Source of the DNA: Octopus sinensis
Taxonomy: Eukaryota
Direction of reading: 5' to 3'
Assembly (NCBI RefSeq): GCF_006345805.1
Contig: NC_043019.1
Coordinates: forward strand, 7,563,360 to 7,627,359
DNA: 64,000 nt
Positions 54,589 to 64,000 of this stretch are shown one piece after another. The notes under the pieces were generated by a model, which had not been told where the DNA came from, ran no database searches, and saw only the letters and a program-made list of their open reading frames with translations. The position numbers and the translations under genes were made by a program. Positions within the stretch are counted from its first letter, which is position 1, and every line of letters starts with the position of its first letter.

Positions 54589-55429
54589 TTAGATAGATAT
54601 ACATATATGCATATATTTGTGTGCACATATGTATATGTATATGTATATATATATATATACACACACATTTGCATACACACATGCACACACATACATATAT
54701 TATGGGTTTATACATATGTCTGTGTGCGTGCGTGTGTCTGTGTGTCTTCTGTGTGTATATTTGTATTGTGTAAGGCCGGAACTATACGAGATCGTGAAAG
54801 CCAACTACAAAGGGAAAAATAAAGAAGACATAAGTGTGTGTGTTTGTGTTTTTAATCTATATAATATTATGCTCTCATCATAAACTCTTTATATTATTAC
54901 CAAACAAAATAAATTGTATAAGAAAAGCCCCAAAAGTGAGTGTTCCACTAGTTTGTGGATCCAAAAACGGTGAAATGCGCAGCAGACCATAACGCTGTTT
55001 CACAAAAGAAAGAAAAAAATTCTACAGACTTTAACAATGTAATAGAAAACAGGCTGCACCTAGGAACTCCGATTGCCACAATGAGTTAGCAGAAGAATTA
55101 TTGCATGACTTTCAGTACTTCTGGGACATCAATGCCAGTCATATTGATATGCAATTGCTGGTCTAGTTAAGATCAGTCAGAATTCGTCACGTGGAGGAAC
55201 ATGTTGTTGTTAGAGGTGTGTGTGTGTGTGTATGTGTGTGTGTGAATTACGACGTCATCAACAAGGTACTACGATGATTATGAAGGTTCTTAAGAGAAAC
55301 TATTAAATATAAGATTTCTGTCCGGAATCATATGCGCCAAGCCAGTGATTTTGACCATGTTTATATATGAATGTACATACATACACTTACATATACATAT
55401 ATGTAATATGAACAGAATCTCTCACTCTT

Positions 55430-55481
<52 letters not shown>

Positions 55482-55513
55482 CTATATATATATATTATAT
55501 ATATATATTATAT

Positions 55514-55547
<34 letters not shown>

Positions 55548-55552
55548 CATAA

Positions 55553-55583
<31 letters not shown>

Positions 55584-56279
55584 AGTATGTGTGTGTGTAT
55601 TTTTATGTACGTGCGTATATATATATATAAATATATGTATATACATATGTATGTGTGCTGTGTTTTTTTTGTATGTACACATATAAATATATATCCACAC
55701 ACACAAACGCGTGCACAGATATATGGATGTGTATACTGTATAAAATGATTAGATATATACGCATTGAGATTAATCTCTGATGCTGACTATATGAGAAGAT
55801 GAAAGATATGTAATGAAATGCGTAGACAATATATATGTATGCATATATATTGAAATGTTGATACATATATACATATATATATGCATATATTATATACATA
55901 TATCTTCATATATATATATTAGTAAATACACATATCGGTGTGCGTGAATAAATGTGTATAAAACTGATTGAACGTGTATTTAGAAATTCTATAATAGAGA
56001 AAAAAAAATATCCTACTTGATGATAACCATAGCAGATCTATAAAATCTTTCCAACTCCATTAATATAATTGATTCCTGTCTCATCTTTTAGAAATTTGGC
56101 TGGAATGAATCAGATATAGAATATACAGAGAGAGTGAAATGACGACATTGACGTAGAGATGTACATATGGGTGTGCGTCGTATGTGCATGAATATGCTAT
56201 GTAATTAAGTAAGGACGGGTATGGGTATATTTATTTCAGTTTATAAATATGTGTGTATATATATACATATATGTATATG

Positions 56280-56445
56280 TATGTATAGAAAATCGTGGCC
56301 TTTTTCTGTTTCTGTATACCAAATCCGCTCAAAAACCTTCCATCTTCCCGAGGTTATAGAAGAAGGCACTTGCCGAAGGTCCCAGGTACTAGGAATGAAG
56401 AGTGTGTTTTTGAAACAAATCCCTTACCATTCAACTACATATGTT
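56280..56445 (-). mobile_element. SINE family B head, old
   Basis: ttctgtttctgtataccaaatccgctc...agaagaaggcacttgccgaagg. Confidence 0.55.
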
Positions 56446-56978
56446 TTGCTTTATAAGCCTTGTAATTGTTCTATCCCTCACTTTTCGCTGATCTACTAAT
56501 TTACGGAGTTGTAAACAAACAAGCACCGGTTGGCAAGCGGTGCTGAGAGACAAACTACCCCCCACCCACACACACATATCTTTTAAAATCTTTTAAGGTA
56601 TCGTTAAGGTCATGCAAATAAAGATCCTAGGCTACCGTCTAATGATAGTGAGTAGTAAGTCAGTGTTTTCGGGGTTGCATCATAGTTATACCGATATAAT
56701 GTAGGATAAATATAACAGAGCTAGATTTTCCTTCATACAGGCACAGAGAGCCATCTATCTGTGGTTCATCAACTTATGCAGTATCATCTGATGAAAGGAA
56801 TGAATGATGATGATCAACCGGATACCCACGGATAATACGGATTATACTGTATTAATTCCAAGTATACTGACTCTGACGTCGGTATGATGTGATTTGTAGA
56901 AACGCGTATTACATGATGTATTACATGATGTATTACATGATGTATTACATGTTTATAAATCCCATCCTTTAATTTCGT

Positions 56979-57022
<44 letters not shown>

Positions 57023-57240
57023 GACGATTGGTATATTTACCTGGACCTATTGTGTAATTGTGCTCATTTATATATTTTTACACATGTAAAAGTATACACA
57101 CTCTACTTAAGTATGTATATGTGTCTATATGTATATCTATAAGTTTATATGGATATTTGTTCATGCTTTTTATATATAGTAAATAATACGTGTACCATGT
57201 TTCATGTATTAATATTAATATTTTTAAAGTTTCTTATAAC

Positions 57241-57373
57241 CTCTGACGAGGCCTATGGTTATATATATAAGTACCCTATTTGTAAATGCCTACAACCTCA
57301 ATATGTTGGCAATTATAGGCAATAAAAATTTAAATAACTAAGGTTAACCATAGGTTGAAACAGCTGTAAGAAG
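57241..57373 (+). ncRNA. Minimal type I hammerhead with long stem II loop
   Basis: CU-CUGACGA-GGCCUAUGGUU-(85 nt)-AACCAUAGGUU-GAAA-C-AGCU-G-UA-AG; canonical core, weak stem I. Confidence 0.7.
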
Positions 57374-57563
57374 TGATTTTAATGATTTCAATAATTTATA
57401 TTATGACTTTTATAATTTGTATTCTTATCTTATATGTATTGAATTATAGGATATATATATGTATGCTATTAAGGCTCTCATTTTGTTAAATGAATAAATA
57501 ATCCAACATTCTAATATCTGAAAGTTGATGAAAAAACTAAATTTATTCCTCAAGTTTCTTAAT

Positions 57564-57605
<42 letters not shown>

Positions 57606-57758
57606 GAATGTCCACTAGGTGGATTCCCCTAATGGTCATTTCTCATATATGTAATATATTTTTCTGAATCTTCATATTTTTCCAAAAAGGTAGGTCACTA
57701 GTTTAAATTGATATTAATTTAATTAATATCAACTTTTACCCTTATTATTTAAATTAAT

Positions 57759-57791
<33 letters not shown>

Positions 57792-60104
57792 GAGAGAGAG
57801 ACTGAGAGAAAGAGAGAGGTGAGATATACACACAAATATATATTATACAAAGAGATCGATAGTTAGATACAAAGATAGCTAAACTGCTTCAGAGATGGAG
57901 CTAGTGGCACAGACAGCTTGTAATGTTTTATTATTACGAAGTTCAAGAGATGCTTCCTTCTTTTGTAAGGTTGCTTTACCATTCCTAAGAACGAAAGGCT
58001 GGAATCGTACTAATTATTTCAATGAAAAGACATAAATTACTCCTTTATATTTTCTTGAATATTCAAATTTTGATTTGGTATTTAACCATTTTGAGAATTT
58101 TTTTTGTATTTTTCGATTTTACTTTGAAATTCTTTTTTATTAGGTGTTTTCATTGATTATTTTTTTATTCTAAGAGGAAAGGTTAGAAGACTGCGGAGAC
58201 GCACAAATAAACACATACAAACGCACACACACACATACAGATACACATTTATACACGAACACACGCATACACATTTAATAATAATAATAATATATATGAT
58301 TATAAGTATATGTATGTGTGTGTGTGTATATATATATATATATAGATGCATTTATACATATATATATAGAATCATATATGTATATATATATATTTTTACA
58401 TATATATTATGTATATTGACAAATGTGTGAGTATATTATGTATATATATATATATATATATGATATATAATATATATATGCATATACATATTAATATATA
58501 GAGAAAGACAGAGACGAATGTATATACTTATTTATATTTGAATATATGTATATATATATATCTATATATATTTGCAAACACACACACACACACACATAAT
58601 CTCACTCCTTCTCACAGGCGTACACGCACACACATACATATATATACATACATACACATGCGGCCCAGCAACCGCCGGCCATTCACCATTCCGGTTTCAG
58701 TTAGTTGATAATAAAATACAGGAGATAAAAAAGAAAATACTATTTGTTGAAGTAATAAATTTATTTTTTATTATTTTGGCGGCAATTTTACTTATATCAG
58801 TAAAACATTTATTTTATTTTATTATCGGTCTTTGAGACATTTTTTATATCGATATTTTAGTTATTATATATTTTTGTGACTGTTTTTTATTGTTTTGCAT
58901 TATTTCCATTTCTATCACTTCCAGCTGCTATTGTTGTTGTTTCTGATATTGTAGTTGTATGTAAGTAACCTTCCTCTCATCATATAAATGTGTGTGCGTC
59001 CGTTCCTGTTTGTATATGTGAATAAGTATTTTATACACACTCATAGACATATAACCAGACACATATATTTATACATACATATATGCATCTGTATATGTGT
59101 ATATATATCTATTCCTATATATATATATATGTATGCGTGTTTATATATATATATATATCTTTATAAGTATTTTTATGAAAATGCTTATACACAAGTTTAT
59201 TATACGCATATATATATATATATGCACATATATAAATGTGATCAAAAATATACACATATATGTGGTTATATATGTACGGACATATATGTGCGTGTGTGTG
59301 CACGTTTGTGTCTTTTGTTTTTATTCTTTTCCTCTTGTCTTTCATTATTATTATTATTATTATTATTATTTATTATTGTATGTTTGTTTGCTGGCTTGCT
59401 TGTTTAGAAACAAACGATAGATAAATACCAGTAAATACATTTATATTTTCTATTTGATAAACGGTGTGTTATTTGCACTCAATCCCTCTCTCTCTTTCTT
59501 TCCCTCTCTCACTTTCTCTCCCTCTCTCCTCCTCTCTCTCTCTCTCTCTCTCCCAAGTTCTCACCTATTCATACTGCTTCTCTCCCTTGCTCCTTCTTCC
59601 CTTTTTTTTCTTTTGGTTTTCAGTTGTTTGTTTTGCTGATATAAATATGTTCTTCGAATTTTATAGTATTGTTGGTTTTTTTCACCTCTTCATCTTCTGT
59701 TTTTATCTTACCAAGTTTTTCCTATCACTAAATTATTCAGGCCAATGTAGCACGTGTCTTGTTTGTGTGTGTGCGTCTGTGTGTTGGTGTGAATTTGTGT
59801 GCGTCTGTGTGTTGGTGTGAATTTGTGTGCGTATGTCTGTGGGTGTGTGACGAAGAATTAAAAGAAAGAATTAAAATTAAGATGAATTGTTTCCTGAATC
59901 GGGTTTCCTGAATGTCTGAATTATATTGCAAGATTTTTTTACGCTTCGTTGTTCGGTAATATGAGTTCAAATGTAGAATCAGAAATGATGTTGAATAAAC
60001 GTTCAAATTTACTAACCATAAATATCGTACGACTGGGCGTATTCTAGGCGGTTGCCCTTTTGCCTCCGGCCGTCCTCTGTCGCGTGTCGTTTTGTTGTAC
60101 AAGA

Positions 60105-61630
60105 GGTACAAATGTGGCTCTGGGTAAATATGCTTCCTTTCCAACCAAACGGTTACGGGTTTAGTCCTACTGCATGGTATATTGGGCAAGTGTCTTCTGC
60201 TATAGCCACTGACCAAGCAAAGTCTATGATGAATGGATTTGGTAGACGGAAATCTAAAATAGCCTCTCCTATTTATGACAGACAAATAGACAATCACACA
60301 CATGCACATGTAAACATATACATATAAACACACACAAATATATATATATATAATATATATATATATACACAAAATATATATATACAAACACACAAATATA
60401 TATATATATATATTATATATATATATATATATAATGATATGTAGAAAAATACAAACTGTGACAAGAACGCATAACACTTAGAAGACGATACAACAAACAC
60501 AGACAGGACATTCGAAGCCCTCAGTCTTCAGTCAAGAACCGGATCATCGTAGTAATTTCGGCTGATTAATCTTGAGATTACTAGATCCGGCCAGCCCTCC
60601 AGGAAAAACTAAGCAACGAGCATTAGAAAAACTAAGCTGGGAGCGTAGATTTCCTGGAAGAAGGATCGAATGCATACGAACACAGGGACAGCAAAACGGA
60701 CGGTGCCACACGAATATAAAAAACAAAAAACAATAATGAAATACAAAAACATGAAATACAAAAGCAATAATGGTAAAAACAGCAGGTGTCTTACGACTAA
60801 TAACAGTGCAAACAAGTTTGGCTGGCGTATTTTGGAAAAATTGCCTTAACGGCGAACAAGGACAACGATGTTGTCACGGCGCTGGTCAGAGGCCGAAAGG
60901 CGGATTTTGGCCAGCAGTCACGTGACGGAGAAGAGAGAAAAGAAAAGAAAAGAAAGGGAGGCAAAGGAAGGAAGAGAGAGAGAAAGAAGGAATTAGGGAG
61001 GGGAGAAGGGATGGGTGTCAAAGATTGACCTGTGAGTGCAAGGCAAGACAAAGAAATGGAAGGGTAGGGGAAGAGTAGACCAAAGAATCAGAGGCAAGAG
61101 AAAAGGAGGATGAGTAGAGAGAAGAGAGAGAGAAGGGGACAGATCAACGTAGAATGCGAAGTAAATGTAAAAGAGAGAGACAAACAGAGTGTAGAATCGT
61201 ACCAAATTTAAAAGAATATGTGCTCACATAAGTGTTAAGAAGGGTACGTGACGCCAGGAATATATATTATGATATGTAAAAAAATACAAACTGGGACAAG
61301 AACGCATAACACTTAGAAGACGATACAACAAACACAGACAGGACATTCGAAGCCCTCAGTCTTCATATATATACACACATAAATATATATACACACACAC
61401 AAACATATATTATGCACGTTTTTGACTGTCTATTTGTTTGACTTCGTCTGCAACCTCCACTTGATGGCCGGTGTTAGTTTGTCTGCGTCCCCATAACTTA
61501 GCGATTGGGCAAGGGGACGATAGAATAAGTACCGGGGTCTAAAGTACTTAGGTCAATTCCAAACCCTAGAATCCTTCAAGGCGGCGCTCCCGCATGGCCG
61601 CGATCTAAAGATTGAAACAAATAAAAGATT
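60105..61630 (+). mobile_element. SINE family B split by a nested element
   Basis: Head at ~60105-60275, 3' half at ~61420-61630. Confidence 0.65.
60434..61365. mobile_element. Element bounded by 97-bp direct repeats
   Basis: Near-identical repeats at 60434-60530 and 61269-61365. Confidence 0.8.
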
Positions 61631-61795
61631 TATGATAAAAAAAAATGAAAATCTTGTATCTTTGTAATACTGCGTAGTAACGGAATGGCGGTTGAGCGGT
61701 GAGGAAGTATTTTATTGGCTCATCTCATATTCCTGGGATGACTTTGTAGTTATTCTCAGTCTTTCTCCCCGCTGAGGTCTGATCAATAGGTACCC

Positions 61796-62045
61796 GGACT
61801 TGTTGCCGTAGTAACGAAATTAAAACATGCAGACTGAAGCCACTTGGCACGGATTGATTTTCAACACTGCTGTGTGCATGCGCACTAAGTGTTAATGTTC
61901 TGGTTCACTACCGCTGTGTACAGCAGTGCTTGGAAGGAAAGTGTGTAGTGTGATCCTCAAGCACATGCACATCAGAGATCAAGGTGGATCCGTGCCAGCG
62001 TTTTCACTCTGCGTGCTTTAGTTTCGTTACTATGACAACAGTTCA
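61796..62045. mobile_element. Old MITE-like element
   Basis: Imperfect ~55-bp TIRs tgttgccgtagtaacgaaattaaaacatgcag / ctgcgtgctttagtttcgttactatgacaaca. Confidence 0.7.
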
Positions 62046-62126
62046 GATACTTATTGATGAAACCTATCTATGTATGTGCGTGTGTGCATATATAAATACA
62101 TTTATATATACACACACGCACATTAG

Positions 62127-62590
62127 TTACATTTGACGCAAATTTGTCCTCGTTTGTTAAAACAACGTTTCGGCTGCTGTACCCTGCAGCCGAACCTGGG
62201 TTCTCATTCCTAAGGTATTTTTCGGTTATTAATATTATTATTATTATTATTATTATTCAGGTTACTACCTGGAATCGAACTCGGAATCTTCGGGTTAGTA
62301 TCCCGTGCTCTTAACCATTATAGCATATGCCCACGAGTCTATGGTGTAGTGATTTAGAGCGCGGGCTACTAACCCCAACGTTCCGAGTTCGATTCCAGGC
62401 AGTAACCTGAATAATAAAAATAAATAAATAAATAAATAAATATTAATAATAATAACATCTAAAAATACCTTAGGAATGAGAACAAAGGTTCGAAATTTCC
62501 CCAAGACACCTGATGAAGGCTGGAGGGTATATCAGCCGAAATGTTGTGTTAACAACAAACAAGATCTGGACAAATATCCGTCAAATGTAA
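62127..62590. mobile_element. Palindromic element: head-to-head tRNA-like head + (TAA)n + hammerhead units
   Basis: Arms mirror around ~62330; tRNA-like segments at ~62248-62325 (-) and 62341-62410 (+). Confidence 0.85.
62505..62550 (+). ncRNA. Minimal type I hammerhead
   Basis: GACAC-CUGAUGA-A-GGCUG..CAGCC-GAAA-UG-UU-GUGUU; 5-bp stem I. The left arm keeps GAAACGUU but has lost CUGAUGA. Confidence 0.7.
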
Positions 62591-62842
62591 ATAATGTACA
62601 TAATTCCTCATCTCTTATATAAAGAACTGTACACGCATATATGTATCTGCATATATGTATAATTACGCACGCCCTACTGTGAATGAGGGAGAGAGAGAAA
62701 GACAGAGAAAGAGGAAGGGTGAGAGGGAGAAAGTCTAAGAGTGTGTACGAAACTCTGAGAGGCAGACGGAGAGTCTGAAAGAAACTCATTTGTTTGAAAG
62801 TGAAAGTGATATATCCAAGTTTTGAGTAATCGTCTGTGTGTG

Positions 62843-62920
<78 letters not shown>

Positions 62921-63568
62921 CAAAGAGAAGTAGTGAGAGGTGAAGAAAATCGCCTTAACATTTTAGCTGTTAACGGTATGAATTTTATAATAACAGCTCT
63001 TAAGTTAATTGCTAAATCCCACCAAAATTATTAGTAAACGAATAAAGCAACATAAGAACAATAGCATATAAATAAATAAATAAATAAATCTCGAACGAAA
63101 ATTAATTATATAATAGCATAAGTAAAGAGAAAAATATTGTAACCGATTGTCTAGCGAAGGAGAAAGTGTTTCGTTATTTGAGTAACTAGATTACGAATGC
63201 GTCTTCGTCCATATTGAAAGTTAGAGATGAAGAGGAATGAGAAGAGAGAAGCAAAAAAGGAAGGAGGAATGAGAGAGGAGAAGGAGGAGAGGGGAAGTAA
63301 GAGGTGGTGTGAAGGAGAGGAAGACGGTGCGAGAGAGGAGCATGTGAGTATTCTGTACGCAAATAATCTAATTTCGTTTGGCAAACGCACAGAGGAAATA
63401 CGATGTTGTATGTCTATCAGTAATTTTGTTGTTGTGACGTGGATTTTATGATATTAACATATGACTATTAAGATATGAACAAATGTATATATATATCTGT
63501 CAAGATGCATGTGTGGGTATATATGTATTTTTTGTCTCCTTCTTTCTGTGTTTTTCTCTCTCTGTGTA

Positions 63569-63606
63569 TCTTTCTGTTGAAGAGCGTAGGCTCGAAACGT
63601 TAAAGA
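63569..63606 (+). ncRNA. Minimal type I hammerhead, core variant
   Basis: UCUUU-CUGUUGA-A-GAGC-GUAG-GCUC-GAAA-CG-UU-AAAGA; perfect stems I and II, A6U in the core. Followed by a PLE-like tail to ~63705. Confidence 0.65.
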
Positions 63607-63704
63607 CTTGTTTTATTTATATTTCCTGAGCGCCATACTAATACAATTGTTCGTTTGTTTTCCACCTGCCTTCGTCTTTTGTTTATTTTCATAAAGCTTC
63701 CCGT

Positions 63705-63753
<49 letters not shown>

Positions 63754-64000
63754 GAAGAGAGAGAGAGAGAGAGGAAGAGAGAGAGAGAGAGAAATGAATA
63801 TAGATATATATACATATAGATCTGTATATGTGTATATTTTTATATGTAAATATATATATTTGTTTATATGTATATGTGTGTATTTTTATGCATGCATTTG
63901 TTCATTAATTAATTCAATCACACATAATCAATTCAATTTCACATTTATCAATTCAATTTCACGCATATATATGTCTCCACTCTCCCGTTTTTGTTCCCAA

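Noticed and set aside
55050-55170. Protein-looking frame (HNELAEELLHDFQYFWD)
   Set aside because: Under 40 codons, weak splice signals, no recognised motif.
57600-57645. Hairpin resembling an HHR stem II
   Set aside because: CUGANGA and GAAA are missing; too degraded to call.
62341-62410. Functional tRNA gene
   Set aside because: No acceptor stem could be paired; it sits in a repeat palindrome and is treated as a tRNA-like head.

Overview
Repeat-saturated, AT-rich eukaryotic DNA with no confidently identifiable host protein-coding gene. The SINE families and the density of (TA)n/(CA)n/(GA)n/(AAT)n tracts suggest an octopus-like coleoid cephalopod (inference). The long ORFs in the supplied track are nearly all microsatellite translations. 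Content: many copies of several tRNA-derived SINE families (called A, B, C here), decayed LINEs (a Jockey/CR1-like RT tail and two R4/Dong-like 3' ends in (TAA)n), two mariner transposase remnants, minisatellites and a 100-N gap. The most striking pattern is a set of Penelope-like (PLE) derivatives. A decayed GIY-YIG endonuclease ORF is followed by a hammerhead remnant (20.3-21.6 kb). Several sequence-unrelated fold-back elements that look like MITEs have arms that each carry a minimal type I hammerhead ribozyme (HHR), facing away from each other (28.5-29.1, 35.5-36.0, 45.3-46.1, 62.1-62.6 kb); one of them has a tRNA-like head fused to the HHR. There are also solo HHRs (40.6, 57.3, 63.6 kb). 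All folds were done by eye and are unverified.
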